NCBI GenBank assembly: GCA_002633005.1
Contig: NMRA01000375.1
Location: 322,241-386,240 of the forward strand
DNA length: 64,000 bases
Reading direction: 5' to 3'
Origin: Phoronis australis
Taxonomy: Eukaryota; Animalia; Phoronida
The position numbers were made by a program, and so were the translations under genes. A model generated the notes under the pieces. The model was given only the letters and a program-made list of their open reading frames with translations, was not told the origin of the DNA and searched no databases. This document shows, piece after piece, positions 13,051-26,125 of the stretch; position 1 is the first letter of the stretch; each line of letters opens with the position of its first letter.

Positions 13051-15224
13051 AAGAGTCTGCTCTCTGCTTTTCCTATACTGCATGTTCAGTAACACTGTTT
13101 AGTTATTGCCACAGACTTATTTAATGTAGCTTTTCTTCGACAAGCTTACCCTTGAATATTCATGAGACCATCATCCCTATGACCTGACTGTAACTTGCTA
13201 AGGATGGCTGAAACTGACCATGGCACATTCCTGAGCATGACGCCCTAGCTATTAATCCTAGCTCGGCTTCACCACTGTTAATGCTTCATTGAAGCCTGGG
13301 TTAGTTCTCAGCATGTCCAGAAGCGAATTGCATGATCGTGAATTGTCTTTTAATTTCTATTGGAAAAATTATTATGTATTGTACCACTGCCAGGAGTGTT
13401 GTGCTGACGAGATGTCGCAGGTCTCTGGGAAATTAGTTTGTCTACGTGTAACATTTTCTGTTTATGAAAGTTCTGACCCAGTATTCATCTGGTTTTCTGT
13501 TGTGTTGTTATGCAGATTAATGATGTAGTTTTCAGATTAGGTGTCTTTTAACATTTTATGTTTGAACAAATCATGATAGTCACCTCAGGTTGACACTATG
13601 ATTCACTCTGACACAGCGTTGGTTGGCAACACTGGCATACATGGTTTTGTTGGAAGTCGGGGAGGGGGGAGCTCCTCTCGGGTGCTATGTTTGAAAATAA
13701 GAGCGAACTGCAGCTACATCGACAATTAAGAGTGATGCTGAGGCCAAAAAAATAGCATAACTGGTTCTGTCTGCTGTTAATTTATTTCAAAACCTTCACC
13801 TCATAGCTGACATCAGGTTATACAGGGAAAGGAGGAGGATTGGAACCCATTCCAGCTAGCGTCAAATGACGCTGGAGGTGAAAAAAAGATCCCAACTCAT
13901 TTTAGCTAGTGTCAGGTGACTTCCTTTTTGAAAACATATTCAACTGAAAATGCTGCACCAACCCATCACTTTTTTTAGAAAAACAAACAGACCAGAATCA
14001 ACTATGCTCTTTGGTTTATTTTTTCAATACTTAAGTTATGACCTCACACTTAAAGCAGCAATGATTCAATAAAGCAACAGAACAGGTCTAACATTCTCTA
14101 CTGCTGTAGCTTATCATCGGTTGACCATATGTCAAGACAATAGTGTCAAACTAGGATATGCACACCAAGTCCAGCTCACAGGGAAGCCTTTGGGTCATAA
14201 AGTTGTGGTTTGACAGTCATTCCTGCCACCAGATAGCGCTGTGTTGGAGTGTTGCTGCACTCCAGATATTCTAGAGATGTACAGTAAAACTTCCTTAATT
14301 TTGGAGCGGAAATATTTTTATTGTTAAGTGTTGGTGTCTGAAATTATCAAAAGAGGTTTTGCAGGGAATTATTTATGCTTCTGTCTGAAAACTAAAAAAT
14401 GTTGATAATGGGTGACTTCAAATTCAGCAGTTGGTGCTCATAAAAAAGGCTACTGTGTTTTGATTGAGAGCATGGAGTATGGTCACGTTCCACAGCGCCA
14501 GATATTCGCCAGCTAAAACTGGTGAAGTCCTATGCTTTGCTTGCACCAATTATACAATACATGAGGATATGTTGAGAAGACTGCGTATCTCGCCAAATTC
14601 GCAAGAAATTGGTCTTGTGTGGTGATGCCCTCTTCAGCAGCAGGGGGTTAATGTGGGATGAAAATCACACTAATGTTTATCTGAATGTATGGTGTTTTAG
14701 TGGGTTTGGACCCTTGTTTCAGTAGCACCACCTTGTGAATTTCGAATGAACCATTCAAACTTGTGGCATGTTTTGGTTGTTTCATTGAAGTGACCCAACC
14801 GAAGTAGGGAAGTTTCTCCGAACTTGGAAACAAAGAGATATTACCCATGAATGAATATATTGCTTTATACTGACCGTGTAGTAGAGATTCATCATGTGTA
14901 TTTGATAGGTATTGTGTCTAGTTTCTGCCTCATTATACTGACATATCACTGGCTGGATGTATACAGTTCTGCACTGGCAATAAACTAGACTATATTCCGA
15001 ATTGTCGTTGGTCATGTGAGTGATAACGAACACATGCTGTCTGTTTGGGTCGAGTCATGTGAAAGGCCGATTTCAAATTGCACTTGGGGAAAGTTAAATT
15101 TGCTTTTTGCCGTATTTAGTTGGCTGAAAAACGAAAATTGAATTCGCCTTGTACTCTCGTAAAATCTGTTGGCCATCCCCAAATAAACTCAACGTTATCT
15201 CTAGGGTACAACAACGGACACCAG

Positions 15225-15487
15225 GGTTCCGTTTCATTAAAACTGACTTAAGACAGAAATTTGGTCTAACGCTCCACACTAGTATTTCTGAAAAACATTT
15301 AAATGTCACTTGAGCAAAAATGCAAACTCTGAGAATATAAACATAAATCCTTAAAATTATGATAATTTTTGATGAATTACTCCTAGACTGAGATGTTGTT
15401 CCACAATTATTTGGTTAAACCATTATTCATCAGTTGGTAGTCCGAATTTCTGTCGCAAGTCTTCAGTCACTTTTCATGAAACAAACC
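15225..15487. mobile_element. PIF/Harbinger-like MITE
   Basis: Inverted ends ggttccgtttcat..gacagaaatttgg / ccgaatttctgtc..atgaaacaaacc; CAG on both flanks. Confidence 0.55.
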
Positions 15488-17929
15488 CAGAGTTCAAATT
15501 TAAACGCGACTTTTTGTGACAATGCAGCGTTTTCATTTTGATGGGCGGGAAAGGTCGCATAAGTATCTTCTGCGTCAACTTTTGAAAGTACAGTCAACGA
15601 GTTTACTTTTCCAAGTCCGTTTTTCTACTAGAAGTTTCATATTGGGTCTGTTGTCTGGAAAACGGAGGGGTGCAAGCCGCTCTTTTCTATTGAAACCCCT
15701 TAGAGTCGTTGGCCGCTTCACTTGTGCGGTGTCCTGTGTTGCAGATGCCGAGGGGGTAAAAGTCGAATTTAACCATACTCAGATGCAGTCTCGCTCTCTG
15801 TGTGAGTGTTACTGTAGGTAACAAAATCTTCTCTAGCACACTATTTCAAAAACATCTTGGTTTTAATTAAATGGTTTACATTTTGGTGCGCGCACCTCAT
15901 TTCCTATTTTGGCGAAGTTTCTGACAAATGCGCATCAGTTGAAATTTGCGTCTACGGTATATATGAAACTGTGCCTATGTACATCGTGCGTGCGCCTGCA
16001 TGTGAAAGGCTTCTAAGAACAAGTTTTTGAAGTAACATGCGCGCAAAGCTTATCCGACTTAAGACATACGCGTGTATGCTAGGTACAGCCGCCTCCGCCA
16101 ATAACTGAAGCTTTATGAGCGAAATCTTGAATATAAACGTAGTTTCTGAAGAAGCGTATTACATTGTACTTTGCGTATGTGCCTTGTTTCCAAATTTAAA
16201 AGGTTTCTCATCTTTGTGGGTCAATTTAGCCGATTCGCTGTCGACAGTACTGTAGTGGTAAGTTTAGAGGTATGTGAACGCCCGAAGTCCAGCATATCAT
16301 CTTGAGCGCAGAACTTTAAACGTATACTGAACCCGCACAATGATAACCCACGTCTATTAATTTGAAACACCAGTACGTCGATTTCTATTTTATTAGTACA
16401 TTGCCTTCGATCTTCCCTTAACCCCCTTTTTCATATGTACAAGTCCTCCGCGCTTTTCTGTTTCACGTTCTCACTCCTCTTTTTCTAGTATTGGTTGTTA
16501 TTGCTTCCTTTTCATTTCCTCCATAATTTTTCTGCACCGACTCTCCACCCACACGTTTCCTTTTTACAGTAGGTATGTTTGTTTGTATTTTGCGGCACAT
16601 GGCGGTTCGTGTTTGTCTCCAGAGACCACCTTTGACTTGAATAGTTGCAATTTATTAAAACGGGCAGTGATCGAAGTAAACAAAATGAAGGGAACCCCGA
16701 TCAAGTGGCTAAGGCCCAAAGATGTACAGTGCATAAAGGCGTGTGCAAGTGGTGGCGATTGTGATCGGAAAACTTCGGACCAAGGCATGCGCATTGATGC
16801 CCACACTCGGAATTCGGTGTGTCGTTCATCATGTTTCCACAGAGCCACATTTCAGTAGTATAGGTGGCGCTGTGTCAGAGGGCAGCGCAATACTGATCTA
16901 TACCAGAATACATTGTGTCAGTGACTTTCGAACACGACGTCTTAGTTAGGTACTGAAAGAACAAAGTTTACATTATATTGAGCAATCGCGTATAGTTAAC
17001 TAAGATATTTCATTGTAACAATTCATAATGTGATTTTTGGTCGAACTTACTTAGACCCTATGCGTTTTTTGTATATTTTACGACCGTGAATAGAAATTTA
17101 AAAAAAAAATCACGAGAACATTCAAACTTGATACGAATACGCTTTGTATTCCACACTAGTACCAAAACACATGATCAAAATATCTGAGCTGCAGTCACAA
17201 GCTAGTATCTCAGAATGCGTACAGTCAATGTTGTGTTGAGTCTGTACGCCTAAAGAAGGCGCTTAAATTGTGAGTAGGTGTGGCCCTTTCATAGATACGT
17301 GATGCCAAATGTAACATTCATCACACTCAGAACACTTCAACTTGTGGAGAACATTTCTGTTACTGAGTCTAGGTGTTTCAAGCTTCAATTTTTCGAGAAA
17401 ACGAGACAGGTTTTGGGTATCAAAAAGACAAACCAGTTCAGACGATCCTGAAAACAGGCGAACGTTATCGGAAAAGACGATGCCATAGGTTTTTTAACTT
17501 AGAGCCCCGTCGCAATAAATGACAGGCTAGTGAAAGCTATTTAGTTCCTTTATTAATATACTAGTGCATTTCAAAACGCTTATGCACGTGTAACTGGTTT
17601 CAACGAATACGAAATTAAATGTTTAGGGAACCACTTGCCAAGCGCCCCCTTTGGATACACAGAGTCAATACTATAGACTATACACATGCTGAAATACTTG
17701 CTAATTGGTCTCCTTGTCACTGAAATTTCACATGAAAAGCCGCTGCCAATTCACGAACAAAAGACTAAATAGTATTTTTTAACAATACTGTTACAACGGT
17801 AGCGTTGATGTGACTGAATGCTGTGTGATTCTAACCAGTTGGGTTTAGGTTGTGAGATATTGTATAAGGAGCAATTTATTAGTTGCATATAGTCACTGCT
17901 GATGCTTAATCGAAACGTCTGTCATTTGT

Positions 17930-18040
17930 CGAGTATGGTTTGGCTCCACCAACAAAGCACTGGATTGCGACCGATGAAGTTGTGAGTCTGATTCCGCATT
18001 GAAGCTGATCTCAGAAAACCACTTTTCTCGTCGATAATGT
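17930..18040 (+). mobile_element. Degenerate tRNA-derived SINE-like fragment (relative on minus strand at ~47690-47750)
   Basis: Both copies share tgaagctg(a/g)tctcagaaaa after a B-box-like segment (ggctcgaatcc in the 47.7-kb copy). Confidence 0.35.
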
Positions 18041-18180
18041 CAATTTAATTGCAGCTCTTTAACACGATGTTGTCATCTCGGCTGCGGTAGACGCGCGACC
18101 TCTGTAACGTAGTTTTGCATGTCTATATAACTATGTATTGCTCTTCAAATGAGCGTGGTCTTTTCCACGACATTCCACTA

Positions 18181-18481
18181 GGGGTACCATAGAATCATAC
18201 GCACGAATCACCTACATGTACGTATCTATGAATCATCCGTACGAACCCAAAAATCACGAGCATCGAATCATTCGCACACATCACTAGTTTGGTGGTTCGT
18301 GCGTACTCGGTATGATTTGTGCTCGTATGAGTGATTTTTGTGGTTCGTGCACATGATTTTTGTGCGTATGCGTGCTTTTTGTGTTTGCACGCGTGATTCA
18401 TGGGTTCGTATGCACGATTCATAGGTTCGTAGATGATTTGTGAGCGTGATGCCCATTAATATGATTCTATATGATACCCCC
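18181..18481. mobile_element. MITE with internal short repeats
   Basis: TIR ggggtaccatagaatcata / tatgattctatatgatacccc; interior built from cgtatg/gcacga-type repeats. Confidence 0.65.
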
Positions 18482-18787
18482 GTTCATAAACTGTGGACTT
18501 TGCTGGTTTTGTGGAATATTTGAAAATGCCTTTATTTACTGCAAGACGAAATTTTTTTCCACATGAGGTATGGTGTTCGTTAATTGGCTAGGCTTCGTGG
18601 AGTCAATGTTACCCATTTCAATCAGAAAAAATAAACAAAAAGTTGCTTGCCAGTTGACACTTTCATAACATGATACACAGTGTGGTAATTGATGAGCTGT
18701 TGGTCCGGGGTGTAGTAAATTTTTATTATATTTGCCTTTGTATAGCTCTAACAATTGCGTTGATGTTTATTTCTATACAAACAGAAT

Positions 18788-19012
18788 ATGAACGTCAGCA
18801 ACGCCAAGTTCCAGGAGACCGTCAATCAACAGCGCCACTTTGTGAGCCAGCTGCGACACGAAGCCAGTTATCAGCGCCAACCCATGTCGGTGACACTGGA
18901 AGACATCAAGAAATACTGCGCCCAGTATTACGACGACGACGTTCTTATTCGCGGCTTCACTAAACAGAATGAAAATCCTTTCCGCGAAAAGGGAAGCTGT
19001 GTAATGCTATAG
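18788..19012 (+). CDS. Second G-protein gamma subunit paralogue (74 aa), single coding exon
   Basis: QQRHFVSQLRHEASYQRQPMS..DDVLIRGFTKQNENPFREKGSCVML: GGL pattern and CaaX (CVML); acceptor ttctatacaaacag at 18784. Confidence 0.92.
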   Translation: MNVSNAKFQETVNQQRHFVSQLRHEASYQRQPMSVTLEDIKKYCAQYYDDDVLIRGFTKQNENPFREKGSCVML

Positions 19013-19231
19013 AAGGAAACACAAAACCTTAGACCATCATAACTCGACAGCAAGACTACAATGTAACGCAGTAAAAAACAAACGTCGAGAACTAGGATGT
19101 AGAATTGCTTGATATCTGAAGAATGTGTATCTTTACACGTACATTATATTTTCTATTCGATTCTTTATTTTTCCACTGCTCAGAGCACAATGGCCGCACA
19201 ATAACCAATGATGAGACCATAGACATTTTAA

Positions 19232-20640
19232 AGGAGAATGCCACCCGATTTAATAAGTCTTTTTTGCCGTCTTAATAGGTCTATATCCACATCGCCTCGC
19301 ATAAGGTCGACCTTACCTTGCCGAGAGAGGTGTTGCGTTAACCTGTGAGGAAGGTGAGAAACGACGCAGCGACGTCAGTGGTTCATTTGCAGAGTTAATG
19401 CCGCTACGTTGCGGTGCATCGTTTTTGGCCCGCTTGTCCGAACTATGCAGCCGCGAGGAAAGCGGGTATATCATTTTTTCGACTTCCTCGAGAGTCCGAA
19501 ATGCTTAGGAAGTGGCTCGCGGTAGTGAAGAATGAAAAGTACGCTGTTATGAGGCCGTGAAACATCTCCGTGTCTGTGGCCTGCAATCGTCGCGGGACAG
19601 TGCCTGACGGATGCCGGCTTACCGAATAACTATCCATACGTTCCGTTGTCTGAGCTTGTTCACGGCGCCTCTCTAGTATTTCTTCATCATTATATTCCTG
19701 TTCGAACTGATAGCCTGTGAAACTTACCGATCCACCTGCGAAGTCTTCGTCGGGATGAGCTCTCGTCTAAGTCGGGATTACGAGTTGCCATGATGTTGAC
19801 GTTTATTACTGAGCGTTCAAAATGAATTATTCTCACCCTCACCAATACTTATATAAAATAGAAACAAAGTCCTTCTCGTTAGATGTAATTTGTAATGCCT
19901 TTGGATTGGAGTGTACGTGAGTGCAAATGATTTGGGAAGCCATGGCAATGAATAAATCTCCGTGCGTTACCGGCTTCAGGTGCAATAAAACTAATTGACG
20001 GGACACCGAGGCCTTGTGAGCTCATGCTAATTCAGTGTTTGCTGACAGAACCTGTTGTGAAACAACTCGATTTCTATCCCTCGTCCAGGTGCTAGGGGAA
20101 TCTTTATTTACATTTACATTATTCAAATAATGATTGTCAATGTACAACTTCTGCCCTGACAGTTCTGCCGTGGCCAAAACGGAACGCGGCCCCCTACGAG
20201 TAACTAGATTTGCAGTTTCGTGGGCGAATTCACCAACATAATCACGTGCACTTTACTTCTTTGGCTCACTAGTATAGTATTTTCTTGACTGGAATTTTAG
20301 TTTCCAACTTTGGGTGGTTNNNNNNNNNNNNNNNNNNNNNNNNNNNNNNNNNNNAGCGAAATAAAACAACTCGTTTTTATAAGAACTCGGTGTATTTTTA
20401 AGGGTTTTACATCGAAGTTTATGATTTATTGGTGTTAAACGATGAATTTAAGCAATAAGCTGACACCACTAACCCGTGTTGTGAACTGCTGAACGGACTG
20501 CGTGTGGAACCAATTACGTCACTGGATAATTTCAACACCTCCGTCTGCCGTCAGGTAACGCAACCGTACGTGCCCTTATGGAGTAAAACTATTCGATCTA
20601 AATTGATACAAATTAGATTGTTTTTGGGTGGCATGCTCCT
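19232..20640. mobile_element. Non-autonomous TTAA-target DNA transposon (Kolobok-like)
   Basis: TTAA at 19228-19231 and 20641-20644; TIR AGGAGAATGCCACCC / GGGTGGCATGCTCCT (14/15 match); AG..CT ends; contains the N gap 20320-20354. Confidence 0.8.
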
Positions 20641-23600
20641 TTAATGCTATAGACGGGTCGCAAGCGCTACTACAGCTGACAACTTGACGCCATATTGGAG
20701 AGTGCTACTAGTCACGTGACACGGCTAATTGCCGTATAAACAAACGGGGTACATTGTCCTTTTCAAAGCGCGATATCTAACAAATAAAGAGGCCGAAATG
20801 TGTGATTAGTTCCAGAAACATACAAAAACATGTGACGTAGTACTTTTAACAGGCGTTTTTTAAGAGTTAATCAGTCGACTGGGAAAGTATCAAACTATTA
20901 GAAGATCGCAACCAGTGGCAGATTCTCGAGTGGCCTGAGCGGCTGCACGCCTTGAATCCAATGCGAGCGTTTTATTTTTTCGGTTTTTTTCAAGAGAATC
21001 CACTAAGATCGCGCAAATTTATCATTTAATTGATATTGGCTACAGCGATCATCCGCCCAACTTGTTGTGATATACAACTTAACAAGTTAGATTCAACGGG
21101 AGAACGCCGTAATGTAAAAAGCAAAGAACACAGACTCAGTTCCTTTCCTGTGCATCGCTCGGAATTGCCAACGTACAAATATTCTTCTCTCACGCACGGT
21201 ATTCCTCATTCACGGAGCTGAAGTCCCCCCGATCAAGCACCAGGCACTTGTTGGCGTTTTGTAGTATCCCCGGACCGGTCCTATCCATCCCCGTATATAC
21301 GTACTGCGCCACCCTCAGCCGAGAAATTTAAAATAAACCCTTTTCACGCACGCTGTCTGCTTATCAAAACCCCCTGTTGCGGGGGAGCCATTGAATAATG
21401 ACGGGACAGGTTTTCACGGACGTGGGATCATTTTTTCATGGGCTGAAAATTCTTCACATTAAATTTAGACCTTGTGAAAAAACTTACCGGGGTCATTTTT
21501 CACGGGGTCATAAATAATGCCACATCGGTTGGGTATAGTTCCATTCAGTTTGCTATGTAGGAAACTCTGCATTTTGGGTAAAGGTTTGATGCGCAATTCA
21601 TTCGTACAGGTTTGATATTTGGTTACTATGCACTTTACTTTTTGTGCAAGTTTCATCACAACACAGAGAGCTCCTAAGCAAGCAGTGCAAATCTACAAAA
21701 TTTCCAGTATCAACTTCGACATCAATACAGGTTTTGCAGGCATTTGTTTGTTTTGATACAACAGAAAACATATGATTTTGGAATACATATTAAAAATGAG
21801 TTTTAAGGCAGTATATATTTCAATGGAGAATACACTATTCACTTAGATGTATTGATTTCCATGGCTGGCGAGTAAGTTCGGGGATGTTATTTTTCAGAAC
21901 AGGTAAAAATACATATGATTGTCATTAATACCTAATATTTTAGCAAAACAGCATCATCGCTGGATAACAGCATATGCTGGTCGATAATTATCTTTTTAAT
22001 TGATCTTATATAGTCTCAATCGCAAGACTGATGTGGAAACAAAGCATATAGTCGCTCCGCTTAAACTATGGTGGCAGAACATAAAAACCTAGTTGCAGCG
22101 CCACTAAACTGCATGGCCGAACCAAAAAACCCATGACTCAATGGCAGGACCAAAAAACTTAACTCTTTGGCTACAGGCATAACACTGACTGATGCCGTAG
22201 GGATCCCAATGTTTTCCGCCATTTTTGTCCTGTGCAGCACTCTCCAATACGGCGTTGTATTGACAACGCGAGCTGCTGAGGGGCGCGCGCCCGGTCTATG
22301 TGATGTCTATGTATGAGACAGTGCGGTCACGTGACGCAATTGCTGTCGTCGTTCGTTACCTTACATAAACCTTAAGCCCACTGTAGACAGTGAGCGATTG
22401 TGTTGACTGAGCACACAACTCATGTCTGCGGCGGTCTTGGATTTGTGTAATCTGTATTGTTGTTATTGTATGTTGTAAGTAAAAACGAGTAGATTTACTT
22501 CAAAAGTTGACATAAGCTAGGTAGGCCGGAGCTCCTAAACGGAACTACTGTTTAAGGGTTGGTTTACCGATTAGGTAGATCTGAGCTTAATCTATTCGTT
22601 ACGAGTGTCTCCGATAAACAAATCGCAGTGCGTAGGATAATCAATATTTTAGTAGCAATTATTGTTGTAAACTGGATTGCTGAAGTACACGATCTCGTAT
22701 CAATGTTTTAATTGCCATTGTATACACGACTGCGAAACTGACAGAATCACCGGGAAATGAAATGAATTATTTTGGTGTCAATAAATATATATATATATAA
22801 TACGTATAATGACATGTATTTGGTCATCCTGTAATTATTCCCCTCCGAAAGCTTCCACAAAAGCACATAGACTTACTTGCTAATGACATACACTGGCGGA
22901 TCAAGGATATCACGAGGGGGTGGACCCGACTAGAATGTCGAAAGGATAGACTCGCATCGGTCCCCTTAGATTCGCCTATTACAAAATGCGCAACTCCTGT
23001 ACCACTTATGCAAAAAAGCATATTATTGATTTGGTTTTGATATATGCACAGTTTGGAGCCTATCCAATATAGGTATGGAGTGCGAAACCCCACGGAAATA
23101 ATATTTCAACAAACCCTGACAAACACACTCCTTCGTTACCGTATGCGCTCGTATTTAGGCTATGAGCTTACATTCAAAACAATGCATTTTTTCAAATACC
23201 AGCTTCCCCTTTGGTATAATCCAAAAGAGCAAGTCCGTACATCAACCCGAAACAACAGGATCTGAAGGCAAACATTCGTCGGGAAAATCGAAAGATTCCA
23301 TTGGATATTTTCGACTGGTTTACCACAAACTAAAAAACATCAAATGTGATGATTCAGAGGTGAGGCGCGTGCATAGAAAACGTCAATAATTATTGACTTG
23401 AGTTCAGAAATAGTGATGAAACAGGAGACTGTATCACTGTTAAACAAAAATTACAAGATTTTTCAGGGCTTGGAATTTTCCTCTTTTATGAGCATTTTCT
23501 CTTTTTGGTTTCGATTTCCTTTGTATCTGGCCACTAATAATGCTGACGCACGTAGTTCACGGTCATAGTGTAATACGTAAAGGATACGGTGGACATCAAA

Positions 23601-23943
23601 CTCACTCGTTTGCGTCATTTATGTGACATTGTGTAAACAACTGGTATTTATGCAGTGCTATTTACGTAAGTTTTCCGAGTAGCTTGATGACCGAGCAAAT
23701 GTCGTATTCCCATCACCTTGAACTTACACCAGGAAAAGTAAAGATCGTTAGCCTAAGGGTTGTTAGCAACAGACTAGAGAGGCTAACAAAAATTTATGAA
23801 TATCGGTTGCTCCCAGGGAACGTAAGCAGGTACCCGTGCTCGGCTTCACGCCGGTGGTAAGGTTTCGTGGCCATAACGTAACACTTCGCCTGTGCTAACG
23901 CGCCGAGTTTCGGACAAGCAATGAGTTGTGTACACATAAATAA

Positions 23944-24200
23944 CATGCGCGCACCCGGGGGGGTCACGGGTGCTTGGGGGGGGGCTCGTTCATTTGGCGA
24001 AGTGGGTAAAAAGGTCCACCTCAAAGAAGTCCGAGAAAACGAGACAAAAGAAAGTCCACTAATAAGGCACAGACGCACAGTTCACATTCCTGAAGGTGGT
24101 ACCCCGTTCTTTTTTTTAGTTCTCCCGGTTTTTTGTTAGGAAAAGGTCCACTTTGTCAGAGATTTGAGCCTCCCCATATTAAAGGGTGGGTGCGCGCTTG
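23944..24200. mobile_element. MITE with CATG-type termini and 5-bp TSD, copy 1
   Basis: TIR CATGCGCGCACCC / GGGTGCGCGCTTG; AATAA duplicated on both sides; homologous along its length to 37474-37734. Confidence 0.85.
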
Positions 24201-24599
24201 AATAAACGCAGCGTCGTTGGTCGGTGCAAAAACCTCCGCCAACCTGTAAAGTACTATGCCACTTGGCTAGCATTCGAAACCACACCAAACTCATTTTCAG
24301 CTAAACAGATTTGCTATCAGGCTCTCACAGGCAGGAATCGCGTGTTTATCATACTGAATCCGCAGAGGCTCGATCTCGGTCTTCCAAACATATTGCAAGC
24401 CCGAAGATAAAATAAAATTATCTTTGGCTAATTAAAGAAAAAATCGGTAACGTTCCGGCAGTTAAAGTATCAGCAAAAATTTGAATCTAACGTTGTGGGA
24501 CTGCTTTGAAAGGGATAAACAACAACAACAACAAGAGCAACGCGGAGCGTTGAAATGCGCCCACGAATTCATCGCAAATGGTGTGCAATTAGGGTTGTT

Positions 24600-26125
24600 T
24601 ATTTGTGTCATAAAAATGGCCACTAGATGACGAAAAACATACAATCCATCCGAAAACGGGAACACGTCATTACTTCTTAAATAGAATGCTATACACCAAA
24701 TTTCATAGAAATCCATCAGGAAACTTCAGATAAACAATGGAAAACAGAATAAAATGAAATTGCCACTAGATGGCACACTGTTCATTGGATCCGCACGAAA
24801 GTCGTCATTGACTGTTGTTACCTTCATATAAATACACTTACAAATTAAATTTTATAAAGGTCCTGCAGTGGGTTTAGGAGACACAGAAGCCCTTATTCAA
24901 AATTTTATGAAAATCCGTTGAGGACCTTTGAAGATACAGAGATAAACGTAAAACTAAAATTGCCACCAGAGAGCACACCAGTAGTCAGATCCATCCGAAA
25001 ATCGTCATCGTCCGTTGTCAACATAATATAAACACACTTCTTAAATTTAGTAAAGATCGTACAAACGGTTTAGGAGATACAGCCATGGGCGCAAAAAAAA
25101 CGAAACTGCCACTAGGAGGCGCCACAGTAGTCGAAGTCATCAGAAAATCATCGTCACCCGTCCACTTCATAGTAAAAACATACATGCCAATTTTCACAAT
25201 TATCCTCTAAGCGGTTTGGTTGATAGAGGGGTGGACGTCAAAAAACAAACTCAAAAAACAGTACAAATGGCCACCAGGAAGCGCAAAATAGGTCGAATCC
25301 CCCTGAAAACGGAAACTTAGCGTCACCTCAGTAACAGTAGCCTATACACCAAATTTTATGAAAATACATTGAGGACATTTGAAGATACAGAGGTAGACAT
25401 AAAAAATATAATTGCCACTAGGTCGCACACTAGTAGTCAGATCTGTCCGAAACTTGTTGTTGTCCGTTGTCATCATCATATAAGTGCACTTACTAAATAT
25501 AGTAAAGATCCTGCAAACGGTTTAGGAGACATAGGGATAGACGCAAAAAAATCTGCCATTAGGAGGCGCCACAGAAGTCGAAGTCGTCGGAAAATCATCG
25601 TTAACCGTTCTCTTCATAGTAAGAACTTACATGCCAATTTTCACAATCATGCTTCGAGCAGTTTGGTTGATAGAGGGGTGGACGCTAAAAAACAGACGCG
25701 AAAACAGTAAAAATGGCCACTAGGTGGCGCAAACTACGTCGAATCCATCCGAAAACGGGAGGATACCGTCGTCTCACTAATCAAGATAGCCTATACTATA
25801 TTTTGTAAAAATATGATGAGGACCTTTGAAGATACAGAGGTAAACGTAAAAAACTAAAATTGCCACTAGGAGGCACACCGGTAGTCGGATCCGTCCGAAA
25901 GTTCGCTCATGCCGTCCCATCCATGAAAGAAACACATGTTCAAAATTTCATGAACATACGTCGATCGGTTTTGGAGATAGAGCAGCGGACGCCGGACGGA
26001 CGCCGGACGGACGCCGGACGGACGCCGGACGGACAGACGGGCAGAGATGACGGCATAATGCCGGCATCCACATATAAATATGTGATAATGCCGGCATCCA
26101 CATATAAATATGTGGGCGCATAAAA
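24600..26125 (-). mobile_element. Helentron/HINE-like element with a ~150-bp satellite array (about 450-bp higher-order unit)
   Basis: Nine units anchored on aa(t/a)tgccactag; (GGAC/GGACGCC)n microsatellite at 25986-26040; terminal hairpin ccacatataaatatgtgg (preceded by a ~30-bp duplication) then cataaaaa. Confidence 0.7.

Noticed and set aside
24600-26125. CRISPR-like array or coding ORFs (25369-25710, 25860-26123)
   Set aside because: The sequence between the conserved words is itself homologous between units, there are no cas genes, the context is eukaryotic, and the ORFs are translations of repeats.
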